A stretch of 64,000 nucleotides of DNA from Candidatus Saccharimonadota bacterium. Lineage in GTDB: Bacteria > Patescibacteriota > Saccharimonadia > Saccharimonadales > CAIOMD01. Where the stretch lies: assembly GCA_031973215.1 (NCBI GenBank), contig DALYDK010000003.1, positions 27,576-91,575 on the forward strand. Direction: 5' to 3'. The translations under genes were made by a program, and so were the position numbers. The notes beneath the pieces were generated by a model. It was not told where the DNA came from. It was given only the letters and a program-made list of their open reading frames with translations, and searched no databases. Position 1 is the stretch's first letter; every line of letters begins with the position of its first letter. Of this stretch, positions 36,894 to 49,436 are shown piece after piece.

Positions 36894-38792
36894 TTACTGT
36901 TCAGACCAAAGAGAAGTTGATGAATCGGATGGCATTCGCCAGTCTCCTCGGGGGCTTAAGGCAATACTGCCAATTTTTGGTCCGTCGGGCATGGCGGATC
37001 TTTTGAACTGATTTTGGGTGAATCTTTTCAGAAAAATCGATAACCATTTAGAAATTTCTTCTTGGCTATAGCTGTCTGCGAACGCAGAAATTGCCTGCTG
37101 TTTGATTTTTTCAGGAGAATCTCCCCAGCGAATAAGGTTATACAGAAAAAAGTCGTGCAGTTCGTATGGCCCAATAATATCTTCTGTTAGTTGATTGTCT
37201 GTGAGTTCAGGCGAAACAGGCGTATCTATTATGTCTATTAAGATTACTTTAATTTTAGTAAATTCAGGTAGGTTACTGTAGTACTTAACCAACTCTTTGA
37301 CCAGAGTTTTTGGCACAGAAGAGTTAACATTGTAGTTAGATAGCTGATCGCCACCATATGTACACCAACCAAGTGCAAGTTCACTGAGGTCACCGGTGCC
37401 AATTACTAAAGCACTGTGTTTGTTGGCATAATTAAACAACAGACTAGTTCTTATCCTAGCTTGGGTATTTTCGTAGGTAATATCTTGTTTTTCGGTGTCG
37501 CTGTCAATTGCCTGTAGTTGGCTTAGGGCTAAATCGGATATTGGAATAACGACATTTTTAATAGCTAGTTTTTCGGCCAGCTTTTGGGCATTATTTTGCG
37601 TTCTATTTGCACTGCCAAGGCCTGGCATAGTAATAGTAGTGATTAGTTCAGCGGGTGTTTTTCCTAAAATTTCAGCTGTTTGGCAACAAACCAATAATGC
37701 CAAAGTTGAATCTAGCCCCCCTGAAAGTCCCAACACGGCTTTATTTATTCCGCTTCTTTTTAGCCTGGTGGCTAAGCCATGGGCTTGAATGTCTACTATT
37801 GTCTTAAGCCGTTCATTTTTGGCATCTGGGTTTTCGTTTTTTGGTAGAAATGGATTTTTTTCAAACATTATTTCTGGCTTATATCCGTCAATTGTCTGGA
37901 AAACATCAATTGAGCGTCCGGCTATATTTGTTTGACGGCTACTATTTTTTAATCTATCGTGTTGCAGTCTTTCTAGGTCAATATCGGCATATATTATTTG
38001 TTCGGCCAATTTAGCAAATGGCTTTGTTTCGGCTACAACTACTCCGTTTTCGGCAATAATTTGATGCCCACCCATAACTATATCTGTGGTAGATTCACTG
38101 AAACCAGCGCTCGATAACATATAAGCAGATAATAATTTTGCCGATGCTTGTTGAACTAGTTGCTTGCGGTAATTTGCCTTGCCCACAAGTTCTGGAGAGG
38201 CGGAAAGGTTAGCAATTATCAATGCACCCATTTCGCTTAATGTTCTACTAGGCGGGTCTGCAACCCATAAATCTTCGCATATTTCAATGCCTACTAGTCC
38301 TTTTCCAAGATTAAAAACTACATCTACTCCAAACGGAACAGCTTGCCCGGCTATTTCTATTTCTTCTGGAGCATGGTTACTCATTGGGCTACTAAACCAT
38401 CTTTGTTCGTAGAATTCTGAGTAGTTTGGCAGGTATTGCTTGGGTACAACACCCATTATTTTGCCATTGGCTAGTAAAGCCGCGCAGTTGTACAGTTTGC
38501 CATTTGCTTGAATAGGTAGGCCAACTATCATTGCGCACTTAGTGTTAGAAGTTAAAGATGCCAAAGAATCAAGAGACTGCAGAGACTTACCTAAAAGATG
38601 ATTATTTTGGACTAGGTCTCCTATGCTGTAGCCAGTTATCGACAGTTCAGGAAAGGTAATTAGATTAATATTTTTAGCGGTAGCTTGTTCATATAACCGG
38701 GCTATTTTATCTGTATTTCCGGCAATATCGGCTGGCTGAGTTTCGGGTAAGCCGGTGGCTATTCTTAAGTAATTACTGTTTAGTTTATTCAT
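36894..38792 (-). CDS. nadE: glutamine-dependent NAD+ synthetase
   Basis: 632 aa. N-terminal CN-hydrolase (glutaminase) domain with VGIEICEDLW. C-terminal PP-loop GLSGGLDSTL and an NAD synthetase domain. Confidence 0.93.
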   Translation of the reverse strand: MNKLNSNYLRIATGLPETQPADIAGNTDKIARLYEQATAKNINLITFPELSITGYSIGDLVQNNHLLGKSLQSLDSLASLTSNTKCAMIVGLPIQANGKLYNCAALLANGKIMGVVPKQYLPNYSEFYEQRWFSSPMSNHAPEEIEIAGQAVPFGVDVVFNLGKGLVGIEICEDLWVADPPSRTLSEMGALIIANLSASPELVGKANYRKQLVQQASAKLLSAYMLSSAGFSESTTDIVMGGHQIIAENGVVVAETKPFAKLAEQIIYADIDLERLQHDRLKNSSRQTNIAGRSIDVFQTIDGYKPEIMFEKNPFLPKNENPDAKNERLKTIVDIQAHGLATRLKRSGINKAVLGLSGGLDSTLALLVCCQTAEILGKTPAELITTITMPGLGSANRTQNNAQKLAEKLAIKNVVIPISDLALSQLQAIDSDTEKQDITYENTQARIRTSLLFNYANKHSALVIGTGDLSELALGWCTYGGDQLSNYNVNSSVPKTLVKELVKYYSNLPEFTKIKVILIDIIDTPVSPELTDNQLTEDIIGPYELHDFFLYNLIRWGDSPEKIKQQAISAFADSYSQEEISKWLSIFLKRFTQNQFKRSAMPDGPKIGSIALSPRGDWRMPSDSSTSLWSEQ

Positions 38793-38825
38793 AAATATCC
38801 TTATATAAAGAGAATATACACTACT

Positions 38826-38844
38826 TAGTGTATTGTCAACACTA
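38826..38844. promoter_or_regulatory. candidate NrtR operator in the nadE / tatD divergent intergenic region
   Basis: TAGTGTATTGTCAACACTA, identical to 35172-35190. It is preceded by an extra ACACTA half-site at 38818-38823. Confidence 0.7.
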
Positions 38845-38883
38845 ATTTATTTTTTGCCAAAAATAAGGTAATATTAATGGGCT

Positions 38884-39642
38884 ATGAATTTTATTGATAC
38901 ACATTGTCATATTCAAGAAAAAGACTACAAGCTAGGCGCTAATGAAGTCATAGAAAACGCAAATAAATTTGGTGTCAGTAAAATGATATGTGTCGGGACA
39001 GATGAGAATACAAGTTTAGAGGCAGTTGAATTTGTTAAAAATAAAGACAATATTTGGGCTAGTGTTGGGCTTCATCCTCATGACGCCAGTCTGGGCGATG
39101 AAGCCATAGATAAGATTGATAATTTGTCAAAAATGGACAAAGTTGTCGCTATTGGTGAGTGTGGTCTAGATTATTTTTATAATCATTCATCTAAAGAAGA
39201 TCAAATGAAAGCACTAAGACAGCAAATTGAAATTGCCTTAAGTAGAAACCTACCAATGATTTTTCACATAAGAGATGCCTTTGAAGATTTTTGGCCAATA
39301 TTTGACAGCTACGAGGGAATAAAAGGGGTGGTTCATAGTTTTACTGCAACTGAAAAAGAGTTAGATCAGGCGCTGAGCAGAGGATTGCTTGTTGGCTTAA
39401 ATGGAATCATGACTTTTACTAAAGACCAAGCTCAACTTGAAGCAGCCAAGAAGGTGCCCCTAGAGTCTTTGGTGCTAGAAACAGATGCGCCCTTCTTGAC
39501 GCCAGTGCCTTTTCGTGGTAAGATAAATGAGCCTAAGAATGTAGTGTTAACGGCGGAGTTTTTAAGTGAGCTTCGAAAAGAAGATTTAGGGGAACTAGCT
39601 GATGCCACTACAAAGAATGCCGAAAAACTGTTTGGCATTTAA
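38884..39642 (+). CDS. tatD: TatD-family metal-dependent hydrolase/DNase
   Basis: 252 aa. FIDTHCHI, GECGLDY, HIRDA, VHSF and ETDAPFL motifs. Confidence 0.92.
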   Translation: MNFIDTHCHIQEKDYKLGANEVIENANKFGVSKMICVGTDENTSLEAVEFVKNKDNIWASVGLHPHDASLGDEAIDKIDNLSKMDKVVAIGECGLDYFYNHSSKEDQMKALRQQIEIALSRNLPMIFHIRDAFEDFWPIFDSYEGIKGVVHSFTATEKELDQALSRGLLVGLNGIMTFTKDQAQLEAAKKVPLESLVLETDAPFLTPVPFRGKINEPKNVVLTAEFLSELRKEDLGELADATTKNAEKLFGI

Positions 39643-39655
39643 AGACTAAGAGATT

Positions 39656-39928
39656 ATGAACCACGAAGAAATTAAATCACCAGAATTAAATGCGGCCCAA
39701 AATAGGGTTATTGAACTAGATAAAGCTTTTTCGAGAGTTTTAATGTTTGAGGCGCAACCCAATAACATAGATAACAGCAATGAACCTGTTCGAAAGCCAG
39801 AAGAATATACTCCCCAACCAAATAAAATAGTTAGCATAGAAGAGCATAACGCTAGAAAGAATGTCGCAGAAATATACAATCAAACGAACAGTTATCCGAT
39901 TCCGAAAGATGAGAGTTTAGCGGCCTAA
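39656..39928 (+). CDS. hypothetical small protein
   Basis: 90-aa ORF, tightly packed between tatD and the next ORF. No family recognised. Confidence 0.45.
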   Translation: MNHEEIKSPELNAAQNRVIELDKAFSRVLMFEAQPNNIDNSNEPVRKPEEYTPQPNKIVSIEEHNARKNVAEIYNQTNSYPIPKDESLAA

Positions 39929-39931
39929 ATT

Positions 39932-40297
39932 ATGATTGGCAAAATACTTTCTCAAGCCAAAGCTCAGTCACAGGCTCAAAAGCAAGCCGAAGAATACCGT
40001 AAGTTAATAAGAAGAGAAGCAAAAATTGGTGGCACAATATTTGGCCCAGTTCCAAAAGGCCACCGAAGAGAATTTTTTTGTCTTGATGAACATTCTTGGG
40101 TTTGGCACGAGGAATGGATAGATAGAGCGGGAATAAAGCAGATACGAAACATTAGGTATGACATTAGGCCAAATGGAATTGTAAAGGTTCAGAACGGCAA
40201 AGGATATACCGCAATCAGCCCAACTGAAGCGAAACATTTGGTAGAGGCTGCTAAAATTTATTGCCAACGCGTTAAAACTGAACTTTACGGAGTTTAG
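39932..40297 (+). CDS. hypothetical small basic protein
   Basis: 121-aa ORF (…FFCLDEHSWVWHEEWIDRAG…). No family recognised. Confidence 0.55.
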   Translation: MIGKILSQAKAQSQAQKQAEEYRKLIRREAKIGGTIFGPVPKGHRREFFCLDEHSWVWHEEWIDRAGIKQIRNIRYDIRPNGIVKVQNGKGYTAISPTEAKHLVEAAKIYCQRVKTELYGV

Positions 40298-40313
40298 TTT
40301 ATAATAAAAACCT

Positions 40314-41468
40314 ATGAATAGTGACTATGCGGGCTACTTTGATTATGCGGCTGCGACTCCTTTAGATTCGCGGGTAAAGCAGAAAATGGAGCCTTTTTTT
40401 ATTGATCTTTTTTACAACCCGTCGGCAATATATTTAAAAGCAAGAGATGTCCGAATAGCCAAAGAAGAGGCCAGACACAGAGTCGCCCGAGCAATTGGCT
40501 CAAAAGAGTCAGAAATTATATTTACAGCGGGTGGCACAGAAGCTAATAATTTGGCGGTTGTTGGACTAAGTAAGGTTCATGCAAAGGGACATTTTATTTG
40601 CATTGCAACAGACCATGATTCGATGATTAATCCGGTTAAGTCAACCGGAAATTTTGATATTGTTGGGGTTGATAACAAGGGTTTTGTGAATATATCAGAG
40701 CTTAATGAAAAAATATGTGACGACACTGTGTTGGTAAGCGTTTGTTATGCCAATAATGAAATAGGCACAATTCAGCCAGTAAAAGAAATATTATCTGTTA
40801 TAGAAAACGAGCGGAAAAATAGAATTCTTAACGGAAATTCACGCCCAATTTACTTACATCTTGATGCGGCACAGGCTACAAACTACCTAGATTTGTCCGT
40901 TTCAAGGCTTGGCGTAGATTTAATGAGTATAAATTCCGGTAAAATATATGGCCCCAAACAAGTTGGTTGTTTATTTGTTAAAGCCGGAATTGAAATATCT
41001 CCATTAATTGAAGGTGGAGGTCAAGAAAATGGCCTTAGAAGTGGTTCTGAAAACGTAGCTGGTCTTGTAGGTTTTTCTTATGCAATAGAGCAAGCAGTAA
41101 AAAATCGTAAATCGGAAAGTTTAAGATTAATTCAACTTAGAGATTACTTTATAAAACAAATGAATCAATTTGCCGAAAAATCTTTTGTAAATGGCGCAAA
41201 AGGCAATAAAAGATTAGCTAACAATATTAGCTTAACTATACCTGGAATTGACAATGAATATTTCTTAATGCAGCTAGATGAGCTTGGGTTTATGGTGGCA
41301 ACCGGTTCGGCATGTAGTGCAAGTAGCGAAGAGCCATCGCACGTTCTGCGTTCTATAGGTCTACCGAAAGAAGAAATTTTTTCAACTCTTAGAATAACTT
41401 TTGGACGATTTACCACTAAAGAATCTATTGATAATCTCCTAGGTGCAATTAAAAATACTCTTAAATAA
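40314..41468 (+). CDS. cysteine desulfurase (class V aminotransferase, NifS/IscS-like)
   Basis: 384 aa. FTAGGTEANN, the PLP-lysine region SINSGKIYGPKQVG, and the active-site loop ATGSACSA. Confidence 0.88.
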   Translation: MNSDYAGYFDYAAATPLDSRVKQKMEPFFIDLFYNPSAIYLKARDVRIAKEEARHRVARAIGSKESEIIFTAGGTEANNLAVVGLSKVHAKGHFICIATDHDSMINPVKSTGNFDIVGVDNKGFVNISELNEKICDDTVLVSVCYANNEIGTIQPVKEILSVIENERKNRILNGNSRPIYLHLDAAQATNYLDLSVSRLGVDLMSINSGKIYGPKQVGCLFVKAGIEISPLIEGGGQENGLRSGSENVAGLVGFSYAIEQAVKNRKSESLRLIQLRDYFIKQMNQFAEKSFVNGAKGNKRLANNISLTIPGIDNEYFLMQLDELGFMVATGSACSASSEEPSHVLRSIGLPKEEIFSTLRITFGRFTTKESIDNLLGAIKNTLK

Positions 41469-41518
41469 ATTGCTATCGTCATTTAGTCTTGTTAAGGTTA
41501 TAATGTAAGCATTAGCAT

Positions 41519-42361
41519 TTGAACAAAATGAACATTCAAACAAACAAAAAAATATGGGCACTAATTCTAGCTAGTCTAATAACTGCTGTTTTTGTGCCGG
41601 CTATTGTATTTGCTCAAACTGTTACCAGAGGCTATTCATCTGATATTTTGTTGCAGAAGGGCATGATAGTTAAGCTCAAAGATGATGATCCGAACAAGGT
41701 AGAGCCAGTCAAAAAAGAGAATGAAGAGAAAATACAAGGAGTTGTCATTAACCCTACCGATTCAGCGGTACTTTTAAGCGGCGAAGATCAGAAAGTTTTT
41801 GTATCTAATACCGGCCCTTATTATGTTTTAGTAAGCACGCAAAATGGCCCTGTTAGTGTCGGTGATTATGTCACAGTATCATCTATTAGTGGAGTTGGTA
41901 TGAAGGCTAGCGACCTAGATAAAGTGGTAATTGGCAAGGCTGTTGAGTCATTTGATCAAGCCGACATTACAAAAGTCCGCTCTAGCGCTAAAATAAAAGA
42001 CTCTGTTGGCAATGAGACAGAAGTAAAAATTGGCACAATTAAGGTCGATATAAGCGTCGGTCGAAATCCCTCGCAAAGAGTGAATGCGTCTCTTCCGGTA
42101 GTTCTTAAGCAGGCATCGGAAACAATTGCCGGAAAACCTGTTACACCCGCTAGAGTATATTTAAGTTTTTTTGTATTTTTAGCCACATCTATTATTGCCG
42201 GTACAATGCTCTATAGCGCCGTTAGAAGCACTATGATTTCTATGGGCAGGAACCCGCTTGGTAAGAAGGCAATTATTAAAAGCTTAATTCAGGTGGCTTC
42301 CGTAGCGGTTATGATTTTTATTGTGGGGCTTTTTGCCGTATACTTATTATTAAAGATATAA
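41519..42361 (+). CDS. secreted/membrane protein occupying the position of atpB-atpE, with a C-terminal c-subunit-like helical hairpin
   Basis: 280 aa, TTG start. Signal peptide KKIWALILASLITAVFVPAIVFA, then a ~190-aa extracytoplasmic domain. The C-terminus is two TM helices joined by the polar loop MGRNPLGKK (compare ARNP/ARQP in F-type c subunits). TM2 contains no Asp or Glu. Confidence 0.6.
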   Translation: MNKMNIQTNKKIWALILASLITAVFVPAIVFAQTVTRGYSSDILLQKGMIVKLKDDDPNKVEPVKKENEEKIQGVVINPTDSAVLLSGEDQKVFVSNTGPYYVLVSTQNGPVSVGDYVTVSSISGVGMKASDLDKVVIGKAVESFDQADITKVRSSAKIKDSVGNETEVKIGTIKVDISVGRNPSQRVNASLPVVLKQASETIAGKPVTPARVYLSFFVFLATSIIAGTMLYSAVRSTMISMGRNPLGKKAIIKSLIQVASVAVMIFIVGLFAVYLLLKI

Positions 42362-42394
42362 AGAGAAAAAGGTTTAAGGGGTGGGGAGACTTAA

Positions 42395-43027
42395 ATGACA
42401 GCAGTACAACTAATAGCCATACTGGTTGTTTTGTTAGTTTCTGGCGCAATTGGCATATGGTTCGTCGTTAAGGGCGACAAAAACAGCCAAAGTAAACAAA
42501 AAACCGGCCAAGAAGTCGATGATAAGGTTTCGAAAATTGCCCAGCAAGATGTTGAGCATATTTTTGATGATGAATTCAGAGAAGAGCTAAGAAACCGCGG
42601 TAGGCTTCATTTTGAAAAAATCATTGGCGAAAATGCCATGTTTTTGCAGCAAGATCTTAGGCTGACTACTAGCCAGCTTAATGATTACATGAAAGATGAA
42701 ATTAAGAGCGTGCTACAGGAAGAGTTTTCTAAGTATGAGGAATCTATCGCTAGCGCTAAAGACTTAGCGCTAGAAAGTATAGAAAAAACTAAAACTGCCA
42801 TAGACCAACAAAGACTGATATTAGAAAAACAAATGAACGAACAGGCAGAGGCCGAAAAGCAGAGAATACTTAATCACTTTGAAGCTAACATGGCAGGCAT
42901 AGTTAACCACTATGTTCTATCTGCAATTGGTAGCGAAATAGATTTAACCACCCAACTAGACTATATTTTTCAGAATTTAGAAGAAAATAAAGAAGATATG
43001 ATAAAGGACATCAGGAGTGGCACTTAA
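42395..43027 (+). CDS. ATP synthase b-like peripheral stalk protein
   Basis: 210 aa. A single N-terminal TM (LIAILVVLLVSGAIGIWFVV) followed by a long charged helical region. Assigned by its position before the delta-like gene. Confidence 0.55.
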   Translation: MTAVQLIAILVVLLVSGAIGIWFVVKGDKNSQSKQKTGQEVDDKVSKIAQQDVEHIFDDEFREELRNRGRLHFEKIIGENAMFLQQDLRLTTSQLNDYMKDEIKSVLQEEFSKYEESIASAKDLALESIEKTKTAIDQQRLILEKQMNEQAEAEKQRILNHFEANMAGIVNHYVLSAIGSEIDLTTQLDYIFQNLEENKEDMIKDIRSGT

Positions 43028-43487
43028 ACTACCAAATTCTATATCCACTCGTAAAGACTTAGCTCATATAAACAGAGAGCTAAGGATTTTTTATGACTTT
43101 ATGATTCAAAGTATTATGCGTCATGATAACCCTGTGAAATATACTCCTATTTCAGATCAGCTTAGAGAGCTTGCTATTGTAAACCAGATAGATCTTAGGG
43201 ATCAGTCGGCTTGCGAGAAGCTCATAGAAGAGCTCCAAGAGCTAAAGACAAATGCACCTTCAGTTCATATTAGTTTTCCGGTTGAGCCCTCAAGAGATGC
43301 CCTAGATAAGCTTATAGAGTGGTTTAGGGCAGAAGTAGACCAGTCTATAGTAATTTCAGTTGGCCTGCAGCCTTCAATTGCCGTTGGCGTAGTTGTCAGA
43401 ACCCCGAATCATCAGTTTGACTTTTCGCTTCGCAAGCATCTGGAGAATAGTAGAGAAAAACTAAAAGAGGCAATTGGCAGTGTCTAA
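43017..43487 (+). CDS. atpH: ATP synthase delta (OSCP)-like subunit
   Basis: 156 aa. The C-terminal [31 protein letters not shown] resembles the OSCP motif VDPSLIGG.V...G....D.S....L. Supported by its position between b and alpha. Confidence 0.6.
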   Translation: MALKLPNSISTRKDLAHINRELRIFYDFMIQSIMRHDNPVKYTPISDQLRELAIVNQIDLRDQSACEKLIEELQELKTNAPSVHISFPVEPSRDALDKLIEWFRAEVDQSIVISVGLQPSIAVGVVVRTPNHQFDFSLRKHLENSREKLKEAIGSV

Positions 43488-44903
43488 TACTCATTTTGAA
43501 AACCTAATTAATTCCGGGCACCCAATAGGTGAAGTTATTGCTGTTGACCGCTACTTGGTCAAGGTTAAGGGCCTACATCCTGTTAATCAGCATGCATTAG
43601 TTATGTTCGAAGATGGCTCAAAGGGCTTTGTTCATCATATATTTGAAGATTTTGTTGTTATTCTGCATATTGGCGACAAAGAACTAACTGCCGGCCAGAC
43701 CGTGGTTGTCCAACATACAGAGCTTGTAACAAAAGTTGGAAAAGATTTTTTGGGTAGAGTTATTAATGTTTCTGGCGAACCCCTAGATGGTAAGGGTCCA
43801 ATTGCTGCCGATGCTGTTCGTAAGGTTTTTAATGATGCTCCGCCTATTTATCAAAGAAAGCAACTGTCTGATCAGCTAGAAACTGGCGTAACGGTTGTTG
43901 ATAGCCTTTTCCCCATTGTAAAAGGGCAAAGGATGGCCCTGCTTGGTGACGGTAAGGTTGGAAAATCTACTCTTGTAACCCAAATGACCCTACACCAAAA
44001 AGACACAGGTGTTCCAACTATTTATGTTCTAATTGCCAAGCGGCGGGCCGATATTGATATTTTGCTTACAAGGTTGGTTGAAAAAGATGCTCTTAAAAAT
44101 ACCATAGTTATTGTTTCTACATTATTTGAATCGCTTGTTTTAAGTTATTTGGCGCCATATGTTGGAGCTGCAATGGCCGAATATTTCTGGCAAGAACTAG
44201 ATCAGGATGCAATTATCGTTTACGACGACCTAACGGCTCATGCTATGGCCTACAGGGAAATTTCTCTTATTGCAGGTGTTAGTCCTGGTAGAGATTCGTA
44301 TCCGGGTGATATGTTCTATGCTCACAGTAGTTTACTTGAGAGGGCCGGTCGTTTAGCTAGTAATGCCAAGACTTTAACTAGTTTTCCTTTAGTACTGGCT
44401 AGCAACGGTGACATTACAGCATATTTGCCAACTAATATTATGTCTATAACAGACGGGCAGTGGATCTTAGATATGGATATTTTCCGTGACGGTATTAGGC
44501 CTGCACTTAATGCCGGACTGAGTGTTACTAGGGTTGGCGGTGTTGGTCATAACGACAGACAAAAGAAAATTGTTGGCCGGGTAATGAAAACCCTTGCTTC
44601 ATATAAGCAAGCTTTGGAATTTTCTAGGTTTGGTTCGGAGCTGGCAATAGAAGCCAAAAATGATCTTGCTTCAGGTAAGCGTATCAACGAGCTTCTGACT
44701 CAATCACCTAATGTTACCCATTCGCTTTTGGCTCAGCAGATGATGTTTGAAATTATTTTAGACTTAAAAGAGGGTGAAATTCTAGATATGGAAACTCTTA
44801 AGTTAATTTCGAATGAATACGCTGATAAAATATCTGAAGACGAATCAAACTATGATGAAATTAAACAAGCTTTACTTGCAAAAAGCCTACTGGAGATAAA
44901 AAA

Positions 44904-44907
<4 letters not shown>
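43474..44907 (+). CDS. atpA: F1 ATPase alpha subunit (divergent, short)
   Basis: 477 aa. P-loop [17 protein letters not shown]...[19 protein letters not shown]...[22 protein letters not shown] and ITDGQWILD...[15 protein letters not shown] align with canonical alpha. Confidence 0.88.
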
Positions 44908-47053
<2,146 letters not shown>

Positions 47054-47057
47054 TAAT

Positions 47058-47378
47058 ATGGCAAGGCAAGACGCAAGCACAGGCCAAATAGTGGAAGATC
47101 AAAAGCAAGAAGTTCCTGATGGAATGTTTCACTGCCGGGTTTATTCTCCATACAAAACTTATTTCGAGGGAATGGTCACAAGCATCTCTGCAATTAACGA
47201 CACAGGCAATTTTGACATTTTAGCTAAACATCATAATTTTTTAACCTTGCTTATACCATGTGAAATTGTTATTAGGGGAATATTAAATGCTCCAGCTGAC
47301 AGAGAAGAAATTATAAAAATATCTAGAGCTATCATGCAGGTGACACCAGAAGAGGTTGTCGTCTTTTTAGATATATAA
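47058..47378 (+). CDS. atpC: F1 ATPase epsilon subunit (beta-sandwich domain only)
   Basis: 106 aa. …CRVYSPYKTYFEGMVTSISAINDTGNFDILAKHHNFLTLL… matches the epsilon N-terminal domain. There is no C-terminal helical hairpin. Confidence 0.7.
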   Translation: MARQDASTGQIVEDQKQEVPDGMFHCRVYSPYKTYFEGMVTSISAINDTGNFDILAKHHNFLTLLIPCEIVIRGILNAPADREEIIKISRAIMQVTPEEVVVFLDI

Positions 47379-47405
47379 AAAATATAATTTTCTAATAGCT
47401 AACAG

Positions 47406-48416
47406 CTAATCAATAGCTATAAAGTCAAAAGCACAGCTAGATCCAGCTGTCCCGGCATTTGTAGAAGCTACTGAAAAGCCACCTGTGCTTCGGTTTACAT
47501 AGTAGTTTAATTCAGCACAAGATGATCCTACTGGAGTTATCACAACATGAGGAGCTTGGGTGAAGCTATTTCTAAATGTTATATTAGCAATTATTCCGGG
47601 TCCACTTCCGGGTCCAAAATTAATTGAAATTGTTCCCGCTGTATCTGTACCACTAACTGAAACAGTTCCAGATCCGCCGACCGCTGAACCGCGGCTAACA
47701 CCAGGGGTTGCACCACCGGCATCTATGTGTCGATTAATTTGCAGATCACTATTAAGGACTATTTTGTCTATTGTAATTTGAGGAGCAGATATTGTACCCC
47801 CAAAACTTGCGCCTCCAGCTACGGTTAGGTTTTTTTGAACGGTAAGCGCCCCCTGAACCGATGCATTTCCAGCTATAGATAGATTAGATGCAACAGATAC
47901 ATTTTCAAAAGTTGAAGTTCCTGAAACAGTAATTCCTGGTAGGCTTAGTGCTCCGCCTACCTTAATTGTGCCAGCAACATCTAAGTTGTTTTTAACAAGT
48001 ACCCTACCGTCAAAAATTGCATTTGATGCTATGGTAAGTGTTTGTTTGGCGTCGCCAACGGCAGTCTCCGATTGGTTAATTTTTGCTAGTTCTTCGGCGC
48101 TTAAGTCTTGACCAAGAACATTGGCGTTCTGTTCGGCGTCTTTAGATGTTCGGTAGCTTATAAATGCTGCAAAGCCGGCCAGGGCAAGCACTGCAAGAAA
48201 AAGCAATACGTAAACGTTTACTTTTAATATTGCATCTTTAACTCTTTGTCCAAAAGGCTTTTTGGGCGGTTTGTAATTTGTTACAGTTTCTTGTGTGGCA
48301 TCAATTACAGAGCCATCGGCATTTGTTGTTGCCGATTGCTTTACCTCTGTATCTTGAATCTCAAGAGAGCTATCTAAACTATCTGTTGCGCTGTTATTTT
48401 CTTGGTTTTCAGGCAT
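47406..48416 (-). CDS. membrane-anchored protein with an extracytoplasmic beta-helix-like repeat domain
   Basis: 336 aa. Acidic N-terminus, one TM (VYVLLFLAVLALAGFAAFISY), then short repeats rich in V/G/N/S (NLDVAGTIKVGGALSLPGITVSGTSTFENVSVASNLSIAGNASVQGALTVQKNLTVAGGASFGG). Divergently oriented to the 48537-55066 gene array. Confidence 0.7.
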   Translation of the reverse strand: MPENQENNSATDSLDSSLEIQDTEVKQSATTNADGSVIDATQETVTNYKPPKKPFGQRVKDAILKVNVYVLLFLAVLALAGFAAFISYRTSKDAEQNANVLGQDLSAEELAKINQSETAVGDAKQTLTIASNAIFDGRVLVKNNLDVAGTIKVGGALSLPGITVSGTSTFENVSVASNLSIAGNASVQGALTVQKNLTVAGGASFGGTISAPQITIDKIVLNSDLQINRHIDAGGATPGVSRGSAVGGSGTVSVSGTDTAGTISINFGPGSGPGIIANITFRNSFTQAPHVVITPVGSSCAELNYYVNRSTGGFSVASTNAGTAGSSCAFDFIAID

Positions 48417-48536
48417 TTTTTAATTTTTCTCCACTACCTATTTTGACAAAATTATATCAAATTGTTCTATAAAACACTAGCGATTTGAATTATTGCAGAA
48501 TAAAATGGTAAAATAAGAGCCATAACTCTAAGACTT

Positions 48537-49304
48537 ATGACAGATAAAAATTCAAAAAAAAGATTCTCTGTGTATATTTCCCTAGCCTGGGCTCTCTTAA
48601 TAGTTTTTGCTAGCGGAGTATCTATGGCGGCACCTACATATGTTTCTCCTAGCTATGGTGTAGACGAAATTCAATTTGGCGCGGGCGGTACTAACGACTG
48701 GAATTCTGCCAACTATAACGCGAGAGCCTCGCTTGGAGATTTAGCTATTGGAAATTCGGCCAGTTCGGCGTATCAGGCCTATGCTGGGTTCACAACGACC
48801 GATGAACCATTTATTGAAATGACAGTTCCCGCTGCTTCAATTGAAGTTGGTAGCGGTACGCCTAAAGTCCTTGCTCTTAATACTCCTGCGGCTGCATCTG
48901 CGGGCTTTGAAATTAGAGCATGGCTTGCTGATGGCTACGTTGTTGTTAACGGATCAGATCCACCAAAATATGGTAGTAGAACGTTTACGAATTTGACTTC
49001 CCCAACTGCTCCCAATTCGTCACAGGAACAGTTTGGAATCAATTTGGTAGCCAACACTAACCCTTCTAATGTTGGTTCCAACCCAGTTCAAGTGCCAGAT
49101 GCTTCTTTTAGCTTTGGAGCTGCAGCAACTGGTTATAACACTGCCAACCAGTACAAATATGTTAAGGGTGACACAATAGCTTACAGCCCTAAAAGTAGCA
49201 GTATTACTCAGTACACTATTACTTATATGTTTAATGCCGTTGCCAACACCGCTGCTGGTCAATATATTATGAATCATGATCTAGTTGCCGTTGGCACATA
49301 TTAG
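48537..49304 (+). CDS. secreted surface-locus paralogue P1 (shares the C-terminal module with P2-P4)
   Basis: 255 aa. Signal peptide ...LIVFASGVSMAAP. C-terminal module EQFGINLVAN...NQYKYVKGDTIA...AAGQYIMNHDLVAVGTY-stop. Confidence 0.8.
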   Translation: MTDKNSKKRFSVYISLAWALLIVFASGVSMAAPTYVSPSYGVDEIQFGAGGTNDWNSANYNARASLGDLAIGNSASSAYQAYAGFTTTDEPFIEMTVPAASIEVGSGTPKVLALNTPAAASAGFEIRAWLADGYVVVNGSDPPKYGSRTFTNLTSPTAPNSSQEQFGINLVANTNPSNVGSNPVQVPDASFSFGAAATGYNTANQYKYVKGDTIAYSPKSSSITQYTITYMFNAVANTAAGQYIMNHDLVAVGTY

Positions 49305-49305
49305 T

Positions 49306-49322
49306 AGTTATCCACAGTTTTT
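49306..49322. repeat. 17-bp inverted repeat (left copy) containing a perfect DnaA-box-like 9-mer
   Basis: AGTTATCCACAGTTTTT. It contains TTATCCACA (49308-49316). TGGGGATAA follows at 49322-49330 (reverse complement TTATCCCCA). The partner repeat is at 50671-50687. Confidence 0.7.
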
Positions 49323-49436
49323 GGGGATAATTGTCGTAAATATCACTTGCATTTACCTATGCATAAGCTTTATTCTAGGGGTAATCGCAGTAATCTCTTA
49401 TTAAAATCCGCAATAAGAATAAGTAAGGAGAAAGAA

